Assembly: GCA_963749705.1 (NCBI GenBank)
Contig: CAVVNQ010000002.1
Span: forward strand, 1 to 64,000
Length of the DNA: 64,000 nucleotides
Direction of reading: 5' to 3'
Source of the DNA: an uncultured Chloroflexia bacterium
GTDB lineage: Bacteria; Chloroflexota; Limnocylindria; Limnocylindrales; CSP1-4
Numbering within the stretch: the first letter of the stretch is position 1; each line of letters starts with the position of its first letter. The position numbers and the translations under genes were made by a program. The notes under the pieces were generated by a model. The model saw nothing but the letters and a program-made list of their open reading frames with translations. It was not told where the DNA came from and ran no database searches. This document shows positions 1 to 7,963 of this stretch, in pieces.

Positions 1-1
1 C

Positions 2-510
2 GTGGCGACCCAGGGCATCTGGGACGAGGAGGCGCTCGAGTCCGCGTTCCGGCGCGATGTCTCGTACGTGGGCCTGATCGCGTCGCCCACCCGCGCCGGC
101 GTCGTCCGTGCCTGGCTGCGCGACGAGGCACACGTCCCGGAGGAGCGGCTGGCCGCGCTGCGCGCGCCGGCCGGGATCGACATCGGCGCCGAGACACCCG
201 AGGAGATCGCGCTGTCGATCCTCGCCGAGCTGGTCCAGGTCCGTCGCGGCCGGGCGTCGTTCGTGGCCGTCCCCGGTCCCGCCACGCTGGCCGGCGAGGC
301 GGGCGAGGCCGCGTCGGCGCTCGCCCTCCAGCCCGCCGTCGACGACATCGTCCTGGTCGACCCGTGTGCGGGATGACCGTCGATCGCGCCCACGCCCGGC
401 ACCTCGCCGAGCACGAAGGCGTCGTCTACGCGTTCTGTCGCATGGGCTGCCGGACCGCGTTCATCCAGGAGCCGGGTGCCTACGTCCCCGGTCCGACCAC
501 GGCGAGGTAG
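2..510 (+). CDS. XdhC/CoxI-family Mo-cofactor insertion accessory protein with C-terminal YHS domain (5' partial; apparent 1-nt frameshift near 361-364)
   Basis: Frame 2 gives the XdhC Rossmann C-terminus (YVGLIAS..R, APAGIDIGAETPEEIALSILAEL) ending LVDP. The -1 frame continues (P)VCGMTVD...YAFCRMGC...F..EP..Y to TAG 508-510, a YHS domain (DPVCGM motif). Confidence 0.8.
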   Translation, partial: GDPGHLGRGGARVRVPARCLVRGPDRVAHPRRRRPCLAARRGTRPGGAAGRAARAGRDRHRRRDTRGDRAVDPRRAGPGPSRPGVVRGRPRSRHAGRRGGRGRVGARPPARRRRHRPGRPVCGMTVDRAHARHLAEHEGVVYAFCRMGCRTAFIQEPGAYVPGPTTAR

Positions 511-513
511 CTG

Positions 514-957
514 ATGCAGTTCAAGGGCACCGTCCAGATCACCGCGCCGCGCGACCGCGTGTGGGCGTTCCTCATGGATCCCAACGAGGTCGGCAGCTGC
601 GGGCCGGGCGTCGAGTCCATCGACGTGATCGACGAGGACCACTTCAAGGCGAAGGCCAAGGTGGGCGTGGGGTTCATCTCGGCACGGTTCGTGGTGGACA
701 TGACGGTCGCCGAGAAGAACGAGCCTGACCTCGCGATCCTCAAGGCACACGGCCAGGCGCCGGGCTCCGCCGTCGATGCGACCGCGGACATGCGGCTATC
801 GGGGCCGGCCGAGGGGCCGACGACGATGGACTGGTCCGCGGACGTGCTCATCGCCGGCACGCTGGCGTCGGTCGGCGCGCGCCTGATCGAGGGCACGGCC
901 AACAAGATGATCGGCCAGACGTTCGACTGCATCCGGTCCAAGCTCGAGGCCGGCTGA
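514..957 (+). CDS. coxG: Carbon monoxide dehydrogenase subunit G (SRPBCC/CoxG family)
   Basis: APRDRVWAFLMDP..VGSCGPG and GTLASVGARLIEGTANKM..QTFDCI match CoxG; follows XdhC. Confidence 0.85.
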   Translation: MQFKGTVQITAPRDRVWAFLMDPNEVGSCGPGVESIDVIDEDHFKAKAKVGVGFISARFVVDMTVAEKNEPDLAILKAHGQAPGSAVDATADMRLSGPAEGPTTMDWSADVLIAGTLASVGARLIEGTANKMIGQTFDCIRSKLEAG

Positions 958-974
958 CCGTCGCGTCAGCGCCG

Positions 975-1220
975 TCAGCCGTCGCGGCTGACCGACCAGT
1001 GCGTGACGTGCTCCAGCGTCTCCTCGACGGTCTGGCGCACCTCGACCCGCGCCGCGCGATACCCGGTATCGCGCAACAGGTGCTGGACGCGTTCGGCCGC
1101 TCGCGGCCCGTCCTGGAAGCCCGCATCCGCCGTCTCGGCGCGAGCGCGCTCGAAGGCCCGGACGAAGTCGGGATCGTCCCACGGGACCAGCTTTGCCTTG
1201 ATGTGCAGCATCGTGGTCAT
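975..1220 (-). CDS. Small hypothetical protein (81 aa)
   Basis: GGAGGT RBS before ATG 1220; MTTMLHIKAKLVPWDDPDFVRAFERA, plausible coding bias. Confidence 0.65.
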   Translation of the reverse strand: MTTMLHIKAKLVPWDDPDFVRAFERARAETADAGFQDGPRAAERVQHLLRDTGYRAARVEVRQTVEETLEHVTHWSVSRDG

Positions 1221-1324
1221 ATCGACCACCTCCGTTGCCGATTCTGGGCCGAACGCCCGCTCGTAACGAGGGCCGGAGGTCCCACCGTCGTCACCAACCG
1301 GATGCCCCATGCGAGACTGAGGTC

Positions 1325-1963
1325 ATGGAGCGATTGCACTCGGTCGTAGGCCCCGTGGCCACCAACGTCCACGTCCTGGCCGATTCCAGCTCGCGCGAGG
1401 CGATCGCGATCGACACCGCAACGCCGTCGCTCGCCTGGATCGCGGACTCGCTCGCAGAACGGGGCTGGACGCTCAGGCTGATCGTCAGCACCCACGGGCA
1501 CTGGGACCACATCGGGGACAACGCGGCGCTGGCCGAGCACACCGGGGCGCAGATCGCGGTCCACCCCGATGACCGGTACCGGCTCATCGATCCGCAGCCG
1601 CTGTACGCGCCGTTCCCGATCGTGCCCTCGGTCCCGGCGGTGGACCTTGCCGAGGGAGGCGAGATCCGGTTTGGCGAGATCCGGCTCCAGGTATTGCACA
1701 CGCCCGGCCACACCGAGGGCTCCGTGTGCCTGCTGTCGGTCGATGACGGCCTGCTGCTCAGCGGCGACACGTTGTTCGCGGGTGGCTGGGGCCGGGTCGA
1801 CCTGCCCGGCGGCTCGCCCGAGGCCATGGCAGCGTCGATCTCGCGGCTCTCGACGCTCGAGGATCGTCTCCAGGTGCTGCCGGGTCACGGCGCCGCCACC
1901 ACGATCGGCCGTGAGCGGGCATGGATGGACCTGGTCCGCCGCGAGGGCCGCCTGCCGATGTGA
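1325..1963 (+). CDS. MBL-fold metallo-hydrolase (glyoxalase II/YcbL-like)
   Basis: THGHWDHIG (HxHxDH), HTPGHT, SGDTLF, PGHG motifs. Confidence 0.9.
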   Translation: MERLHSVVGPVATNVHVLADSSSREAIAIDTATPSLAWIADSLAERGWTLRLIVSTHGHWDHIGDNAALAEHTGAQIAVHPDDRYRLIDPQPLYAPFPIVPSVPAVDLAEGGEIRFGEIRLQVLHTPGHTEGSVCLLSVDDGLLLSGDTLFAGGWGRVDLPGGSPEAMAASISRLSTLEDRLQVLPGHGAATTIGRERAWMDLVRREGRLPM

Positions 1964-2034
1964 GCTGGCGCGGCATCGGCCGGGCGGGCTGTTCGCTGCG
2001 GACGGCTACCCGCCGCGCCGTTCGCTGCGGAGGG

Positions 2035-2724
2035 CTACCCGCCGCGCCGGTAGTGACATTCGAGCACGGCGGTCGAAAGCACCTGCGCGCCGCTCAGCGC
2101 CTTGCGGACCGCGTCGCCGCCGGGCGTGCCGGCAAGCCCGAGCGGGGCGGCCAGGGCGTACAGCGTGAACTCGTAGCGGTGGGTCCCCGACGGCGGGCAC
2201 GGGCCACCCCAGCCGATGCGGCCGAAGTCGTTGCGACCCTGCCGCGGCGCATCGGGCGAGGCCGAGACGCCCAGCGGCAGGGCGCCGCTCTGCGAGCCGT
2301 CGATGTCGATGACCGTCCAGTGCACGAACCCGTTGGCATCGGGATCGTCGACCAGCAGCACGAGCGCGACAGCCCCGTCGGGCGCACCGTCCCAGGCGAG
2401 ATCGGGCGAGACGTTGTCGCCGTCGCAGGTGAACCGGCGGGGGATCGAGCCGCCGGCGGTGATCGATGTCGAGGTCAGCGTGAACGGGGCCATGGTCACC
2501 TCCGGGGTGCTCGTCGGGGTGCTCGTCGAGGGCGCGTCGGTGCCCGATCCGGCGGCCACGGGCGACGCCGATGGAGTCGTCGCGGTGCCCGATGCTGCGG
2601 TCGAGGTCGCGACCGGCCCGGTTGTCGGCGCCGACGAACCGGGCGTGGTGGCACTGCACCCGGCCGCCGACAGGGCGGCGACCGTCAGCAGTGCGGCGAG
2701 GGCGGCCGATGCGGACCGGTGCAC
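2035..2724 (-). CDS. YbhB/YbcL (PEBP/Raf kinase inhibitor-like) lipoprotein
   Basis: Lipobox LSAAGC, S/T-rich linker, DDPDA..FVHW, GPCPP.GTHRYEF.LYAL. Confidence 0.9.
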   Translation of the reverse strand: MHRSASAALAALLTVAALSAAGCSATTPGSSAPTTGPVATSTAASGTATTPSASPVAAGSGTDAPSTSTPTSTPEVTMAPFTLTSTSITAGGSIPRRFTCDGDNVSPDLAWDGAPDGAVALVLLVDDPDANGFVHWTVIDIDGSQSGALPLGVSASPDAPRQGRNDFGRIGWGGPCPPSGTHRYEFTLYALAAPLGLAGTPGGDAVRKALSGAQVLSTAVLECHYRRGG

Positions 2725-2755
2725 GCCGGGATTCTGCTCCCGGCGTGCCGATCCG

Positions 2756-3838
2756 TCAGCCTTCGCCGGCGGGTCGCCAGCCGGCCGGAGCCGGGCCCTC
2801 CAGCGGGCGTCCGTACGCGCTCCACCGGTGCGCGACCCGGAACCCGAGCCCCTCGTACAGCTGGAGCGCGCCGGTCGGGTTGGACCCGTCGACGCCCAGC
2901 CATGCCTCGTCCATGCCCTGGTCGCGCAGGACCCGGAACGATGCCGCGCACAGCGCCTTGGCGACGCCGCGGCCGCGCCACGGCCGCCGGACCGAGACGT
3001 GCTCCAGCCATCCGCGCCGGACGCCGAGGGCCTCGTTCTCCGCGGTGAAGATCCCGTTCATCACCGATCCCGCGACCTGGTCGCCGTCCCAGGCGACGCA
3101 CCACAGCGAGGTGTCCGTCTCCGGATGGTCGAACATCGCCGCGAAGTCACCGTCCTCCTGCGTCCGATGGCCCCAGTGATCCTGGAACGCCTCGTTGTCG
3201 GCGTCGTAGATCGCCCGGTGCTGATCGGGCGTGACCGGCCGCAGCTCGATCCCCTCCGGGAGCGGGTGCTCCGGCAGCGCCCCGGTAATCGGGCGGCGCA
3301 TCTCGAACCCGAACCGGATCGGGACGTAGCCCTCGGCCGTGATCAGGGCCTTGCTGACGTCCTCGTTCTCGAGCGCCCAGGTTCGGAGCTCCCGCGCACC
3401 GGGCCGGGGATCTGCGGCAGCCTCGGCGGCGAGCCGGGCCTGGGTCGTCCGCAGGAGCGCGGTCCCGATGCCCAGGCCGCGCTGCGCGGGCAGCACCGAA
3501 CCGGTCGTCTCGAGGGCCATCACCGGGCCGCGCATCACCCGATAGCCGACGTGGTAGGCGACCGGCTGGCCGTGGATCTCGGCGATCACGATGTCGCGTT
3601 CTAGCTGGAAGTGGTCGCGCGGCTCGTAGTCGCTCGCGAGGCTCTCGGCCGACCGCTGCTCCTCGGTCCCGTCGGCCCGATGCGCCCGGTTGTCGATGTC
3701 GGCGATCGCCGGCCAGTCGGCGGCCGTCGCGTGGCGGAAGGTCAGCCCCGGAACGGGCGGGGCGTCGACGGCCTCGACGCTCGCTCCCGGGATCGATGTG
3801 GGGGTGGTCAAACGCTGCCCCTCGTGCTGCATGGTCAT
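2756..3838 (-). CDS. Tandem-domain GNAT acetyltransferase
   Basis: Two acetyl-CoA motifs (QRGLGIGTALL; WRGRGVAKAL) and NPTGALQLYEGLGF; ATGA overlap with the rsgA stop. Confidence 0.85.
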   Translation of the reverse strand: MTMQHEGQRLTTPTSIPGASVEAVDAPPVPGLTFRHATAADWPAIADIDNRAHRADGTEEQRSAESLASDYEPRDHFQLERDIVIAEIHGQPVAYHVGYRVMRGPVMALETTGSVLPAQRGLGIGTALLRTTQARLAAEAAADPRPGARELRTWALENEDVSKALITAEGYVPIRFGFEMRRPITGALPEHPLPEGIELRPVTPDQHRAIYDADNEAFQDHWGHRTQEDGDFAAMFDHPETDTSLWCVAWDGDQVAGSVMNGIFTAENEALGVRRGWLEHVSVRRPWRGRGVAKALCAASFRVLRDQGMDEAWLGVDGSNPTGALQLYEGLGFRVAHRWSAYGRPLEGPAPAGWRPAGEG

Positions 3839-5004
3839 CGGTCGGCTCCGTACTTGTGCTTCATGTGGTCGTTCACGGACGCGTGGATCGCCTTCCACTT
3901 TCGACGTTCCTCGGCGCGGAGGAGGGGATCGGCACTGCGTGCGACGTGGGCGGCCTCGCGCTCGAGCTTGCGGTAGCCGGCGAACCGGTCCTCGGACAGG
4001 CGGCCCTCCGACAGCGCGCCCCGGACCGCGCACCCGGGCTCCCGATCGTGCGAGCAGTCGCGGAACCTGCAGCCCTGGGCGAGGTCCGCGATGTCGGCGA
4101 ATGCGGGGGCCAGGCCGTCCTCCGCTCCGGCGACGCCGAGCGAGCGAATTCCCGGGGTGTCGATGAGCAGCGCACCACCGGGCAGCGGGACGAGCTCCCG
4201 GTGCGTGGTCGTGTGGCGTCCCCGCGAGTCGTCCTCCCGGACGGCCCCGGTCCGGAGACGCTCGTGGCCCACCAGCGCGTTTACGAGCGTCGACTTGCCG
4301 ACCCCGGACGAACCCAGCACGACCGCCGTGCGACCGGGGGCGAGATGATCGGCCGCGAGCGCGACCAGGCCGTCGCCGGTGCGTGCGGAGATCGCTCGGA
4401 CGTCGACGCCCGGCGCGACGGCCTGGGCGGCAAGCCGGAGCCCGTCGAGATCGGCGGCGATGTCCGACTTGTTGAGGACGAGGACGGGCGTGGTGCCGCC
4501 CGCATACGCGACGCTGAGGTACCGCTCGAGGCGGCGCAGGTTGAAGTCGCCATCGAGCCCGGTCACGACCAGCGCAACGTCCACGTTGGCTGCCAGGACC
4601 TGCTCGTCGACCACGTGGCCGTCATCGGCGCCGCGCCGGAACACCGTCCGCCGCGGGAGGACGGCGTGGATCACCGCGGGTCCGGAATCCCCGGCGGATG
4701 CCGTCGTTGGGGACGTCGTCGCCGCCACCCAGTCGCCGACGGCGGGCAGGTCGCCCGGGCTGAGCGCCTCGTGCCGCAGGCGACCCGAGATCACGGCGTC
4801 GTGGGGACCGTCGTCCGCGATGAGCGTCCACGCATCACGATGGGACGCGGAGACCCGCGCCGGCCGCCGACCCGCCGCGTCATGTGGCGCGAAGGCAGCG
4901 GCCCAGCCCGCGTCCCAGCCCAGGCCCACGAGCGTCGCGCGGTCCTTGGGCGTCGCCCGGCCCTCGAGCGTCCCCAGCGCAGCCGTCATGTCGGGGTGGT
5001 CCAT
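3835..5004 (-). CDS. rsgA: Ribosome small subunit-dependent GTPase A
   Basis: AVGDWV, QVLAANVD, NKSD, GSSGVGKST, GRHTT, DTPG, CRFRDCSH.EPGC zinc finger. Confidence 0.95.
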   Translation of the reverse strand: MDHPDMTAALGTLEGRATPKDRATLVGLGWDAGWAAAFAPHDAAGRRPARVSASHRDAWTLIADDGPHDAVISGRLRHEALSPGDLPAVGDWVAATTSPTTASAGDSGPAVIHAVLPRRTVFRRGADDGHVVDEQVLAANVDVALVVTGLDGDFNLRRLERYLSVAYAGGTTPVLVLNKSDIAADLDGLRLAAQAVAPGVDVRAISARTGDGLVALAADHLAPGRTAVVLGSSGVGKSTLVNALVGHERLRTGAVREDDSRGRHTTTHRELVPLPGGALLIDTPGIRSLGVAGAEDGLAPAFADIADLAQGCRFRDCSHDREPGCAVRGALSEGRLSEDRFAGYRKLEREAAHVARSADPLLRAEERRKWKAIHASVNDHMKHKYGADR

Positions 5005-5005
5005 C

Positions 5006-5809
5006 TCAGCCCACCCGCTTGAGCTTGCCGGTGCGCTTGGCATATCGCTCGGCGCGCGCGAACGCCCACAGCCCGGCCGGGATCAGCACCACGCCCATCA
5101 CGAGCAGCGGCACGATGTCGCCGACCAGCGCGGTCACCGGCGTTCCGTCGAGCAGGCCGCCGCGGACGCCATCGAGCACATAGGTCGCGGGCGACACGTG
5201 CGACAGCACCTGCATCCAGTCCGGCAGCACCGAGACCGGGTAGTAGACGCCCGAGACGAGCAGCAGGCAGGACTGGAGGACGAACGTCATCTGGGCGCCC
5301 CGCTCCACGTACAGCAGCGGCAGGATGGCGGCCATCATGCCGATGCCAACGAAGCTGAACGACCCGAGCAGGATGAACATCACCGCGGTCGCCAGGTTCA
5401 TCGCCCCCGGATCGAGCTGAGGGAAGAACAGGACGAGCACGATCAGGATCGCGGCCGTGTGGACGAGCCCGTACGCCATCGCGTAGACGCACGAGCCCAG
5501 CAGCTGCGTCCAGCGTCGGACGGGCGCCATGAACGTGTATTCGAGGGTTCCCTCCCAGCGCTCCACCGAGATCGTCTCCGCGATCCACGAGAAGACCACC
5601 GACAGGTAGTTCCAGAACACGGCGCCGATGATCAGGGTCAGGAGGAGGCGGTCGTTGCCCGACGCCGCGCCGATGAACGAGATCGACAGCGCGCTGGCGA
5701 CGGAGTAGACGAGGAACGCGAGCTCCCAGCCCCAGTAGCGGCGGGTGAGGAAGAAGTTGCGCTCGACGAAGGCGTACGACGCCTTCAGCTCCTGCGCGAG
5801 AAGAGCCAA
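5006..5809 (-). CDS. ABC-2 type exporter permease
   Basis: About 6 TM segments; ERWEGTLE, SGVYYPVSVLPDW..SP.TY motifs; TTG start after GAAAGGAA RBS. Confidence 0.88.
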   Translation of the reverse strand: MALLAQELKASYAFVERNFFLTRRYWGWELAFLVYSVASALSISFIGAASGNDRLLLTLIIGAVFWNYLSVVFSWIAETISVERWEGTLEYTFMAPVRRWTQLLGSCVYAMAYGLVHTAAILIVLVLFFPQLDPGAMNLATAVMFILLGSFSFVGIGMMAAILPLLYVERGAQMTFVLQSCLLLVSGVYYPVSVLPDWMQVLSHVSPATYVLDGVRGGLLDGTPVTALVGDIVPLLVMGVVLIPAGLWAFARAERYAKRTGKLKRVG

Positions 5810-5861
5810 CGGGGGTTCCTTTCGGAGGGTTCGCGCGGGGTTGCCGCGCGGAGTGAGGTCC

Positions 5862-5893
5862 CCGTGGGGACCGGCATCAGCCGGTCCCCACGG
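5862..5893. terminator. Perfect 14-bp hairpin between the small ORF and the permease
   Basis: CCGTGGGGACCGGC-ATCA-GCCGGTCCCCACGG; no U-tract. Confidence 0.5.
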
Positions 5894-6065
5894 AGCGTGC
5901 GATCTGCTCGCCGGCCACGCGCCGCCCGATCTCGATGATCGAGGCGCCGACGTGGGACCGGATGGAGCGCTCGGGCGCATGGCCCGGGCTTACGGTCGGG
6001 CGGATCCTGCGCAGGCGCGCCTCGCGCTCCTGGATCACCGCCCGGTGATACTGCTGGTACAGCAC
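5877..6065 (-). CDS. Small hypothetical protein (62 aa) inside the ABC-2 operon
   Basis: GAAAGGAACCC RBS then GTG; MLYQQYHRAVIQEREARLRRIRP...SIRSHVGASIIEIGRRVAGE. Confidence 0.65.
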   Translation of the reverse strand: MLYQQYHRAVIQEREARLRRIRPTVSPGHAPERSIRSHVGASIIEIGRRVAGEQIARSVGTG

Positions 6066-6081
6066 TTCGGGTTCCTTTCTG

Positions 6082-7038
6082 TCAGTCATCGGTGTCGTCG
6101 TCCGTCTCGACGTCCTCGTCGAGCGAGCGACCGGTAAAGGTCATGAACACGGCCTCGAGCGTCGGGGGCTGCCCGTGGAGCTCGGCGACCATTCGCTTGA
6201 GCCCCTCGGGCGAGTCCTCGGCAACCACCCGACCCCCATCGAGGATCGTGATCCGGCTGCACAGGCGCTCGGCCTCTGCCAGGTCGTGCGTGGTGAGGAC
6301 GATCGTCGCGTCGTGCGTGACGTTGATCTCCTCCACGAACGCCTGAACATCGAGCTTGCTCCGAGGATCGAGGCCCGTCGTCGGCTCGTCGAGGAGCAGC
6401 AGCGACGGGCTCGTCAGCAGCGCTCGCGCGATGGCGACCTTCTGCTGCATGCCCCGACTCATCTGCTCCACCGGGCGTCCGAGGCGGCTCTCCGCGATGC
6501 CCAGCCGGGCCAGGATCGCCGTGGCCTCTCGCCGGGCCCGTCCGGCATCGAGGCCGTACAGGCGGGCGGCGAACAGGAGGTTCTCCATCGGGCTGAGCTT
6601 CTTGAAGAACGCCGCATCGACGCTGACCCGGTTGATCAACCGCTTCACGGCGAGCTCGTCGCGCTGCAGGTCGTGGCCGAAGACCTCCACCCGGCCCTCG
6701 TCCAGGGTCAGCAACCCTGACACGAGGCGGATGAGGGTCGACTTGCCGGAGCCGTTGGCGCCCAGGATCCCGTGGATCGCGCCGCGCTCCAGGTGGAGCG
6801 AGACGTCTTCGATCGCGAGGACCGGGGGCTTTCGGCGGTCGACCTTGAAGCGCTTGGTGACGTGCTCGACGTGGAGTGCCGGTGGACCGGCCGGGATCCT
6901 TGGCAGGAGGACGGTGAGGTCCCCTGCGTCCGGGGCGGCCGGGATCCGCCCGGCGGGCTCGAGGCCGGCGATCGGTGCCGGCAGCGGGCTCGACGTCGGA
7001 GTGGTCGTCTTCGGTTCGGGCGCGAGGGTTGTCGTCAT
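6082..7038 (-). CDS. ABC-2 exporter ATP-binding protein
   Basis: GANGSGKST, MSRGMQQK signature, LLLDEPTTGLDP, TTH; AAGGAGG RBS. Confidence 0.93.
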   Translation of the reverse strand: MTTTLAPEPKTTTPTSSPLPAPIAGLEPAGRIPAAPDAGDLTVLLPRIPAGPPALHVEHVTKRFKVDRRKPPVLAIEDVSLHLERGAIHGILGANGSGKSTLIRLVSGLLTLDEGRVEVFGHDLQRDELAVKRLINRVSVDAAFFKKLSPMENLLFAARLYGLDAGRARREATAILARLGIAESRLGRPVEQMSRGMQQKVAIARALLTSPSLLLLDEPTTGLDPRSKLDVQAFVEEINVTHDATIVLTTHDLAEAERLCSRITILDGGRVVAEDSPEGLKRMVAELHGQPPTLEAVFMTFTGRSLDEDVETDDDTDD

Positions 7039-7109
7039 CGGACCCTCCTTCCTGTGGTGTGGCTTCACGTTGGTTGCCGCACCGGCGCCGCGTGCTCCGG
7101 ACATGGAAC

Positions 7110-7377
7110 GAGCCGCGGACCCGGTACGGATGGGTCTGCGGCTCGTGCTCCGGAGGGCGGCAATGCGCCCATGAATCACTTGAGCCGCGGACCCGGTGGG
7201 CCCACGGCTCGGTGGTCGCTGCTGGGGCTCAAGCCCCGCGTCCTACCTGCTGGTGGGCACACCTCTCCCGCTGACAGCGCCGCAGATGGGCGCGGTCGTC
7301 GGCCGGTAGAGGATTGCGTTCTTCACCATCTGGCTCCCGCCTCCGGTAGTAGGACGGGCGAGCGACCTGCTCGACCG
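7110..7377 (-). promoter_or_regulatory. Structured 5' leader (putative attenuator) of the ABC-2 operon with twin homologous hairpins
   Basis: Hairpins 7182-7210 and 7110-7144 share an identical 16-nt segment; several competing complementary segments; contains a uORF. Confidence 0.6.
7243..7329 (-). CDS. Putative leader peptide MVKNAILYRPTTAPICGAVSGRGVPTSR (28 aa)
   Basis: GGAGG/GGGAG RBS before ATG 7329, TAG 7243-7245, about 55 nt downstream of a sigma70-type promoter. Confidence 0.55.
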   Translation of the reverse strand: MVKNAILYRPTTAPICGAVSGRGVPTSR

Positions 7378-7383
7378 CCGCGG

Positions 7384-7413
7384 AGTCTACGGGGTTGGCC
7401 GGGGGGTCGTCAA
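7384..7413 (-). promoter_or_regulatory. Sigma70-type promoter TTGACG-N18-TAGACT
   Basis: Near-consensus hexamers pointing into the ABC-2 leader. Confidence 0.7.
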
Positions 7414-7468
7414 GACGTGAGTTCGCGATACTTCGCGGCGTGTCGCTGACGCGTCCCGTCAGCCCCAC

Positions 7469-7514
7469 GTCGCCACCAACAGCCGATGTCGCCACCAACA
7501 GCCGATGTCGCCAC
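7469..7514. repeat. 19-nt tandem repeat GTCGCCACCAACAGCCGAT x2.4
   Basis: Exact copies at 7469 and 7488, partial copy at 7507. Confidence 0.9.
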
Positions 7515-7671
7515 GAAACGATGGGGTGCGTCGTATTCCGTGGTCCTGCCACGCATCGTCCCGCCGGTGCCCGGCAGGCGGCGATGTCCGCGCGCGGAGC
7601 CGGCCGGGCGCCACCGCGATGTTCGCCACGCACTTGCGACCTGCGTCGTTGGCCAGGTGGAGATCGCCCAC

Positions 7672-7799
7672 GACGCACCAGATCGTTGCCTGGCAAGCTT
7701 CCACGGGCAGCGGCGGCGTTTGGACGCACCCGGTCGTTGCACGGCCACCTGGCGGTCTGTCGCCTCCTCGGAATGCGCACCGCATCGTTCGGTGGCCAG
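7672..7799. repeat. Degenerate 51-nt-period repeat (core GCACCnnRTCGTT...GGCMA) x3
   Basis: Cores start at 7672, 7723 and 7774. Confidence 0.55.
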
Positions 7800-7903
7800 G
7801 TTGTGTCGGAGGACGTGCCGAGCGAAGGTGGCGCGGGCGCCGGCCATCGGCGCAACCTGCGCCAACTCCGGCGCAACCGCGTGTGCGCCGACCCGCGCGT
7901 GAC

Positions 7904-7929
7904 GGAACCGGGTGTGCGACCAGCGCGTC
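7904..7929 (+). promoter_or_regulatory. ECF-sigma-like promoter GGAAC-N17-CGTC
   Basis: Matches the ECF AAC/CGT consensus, 35 nt upstream of the lipoprotein start. Confidence 0.5.
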
Positions 7930-7963
7930 AACGGACCTGGACCCGATCGCCGAGGATTGCGTC

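Noticed and set aside
7300-7380. Cobalamin or c-di-AMP riboswitch in the ABC leader
   Set aside because: Only a superficial GGTGAAG..AATCC similarity; B12 box and ydaO core motifs not found
7672-7799. Canonical CRISPR array
   Set aside because: Repeats too degenerate and short, no cas genes; kept only as an unexplained periodic repeat
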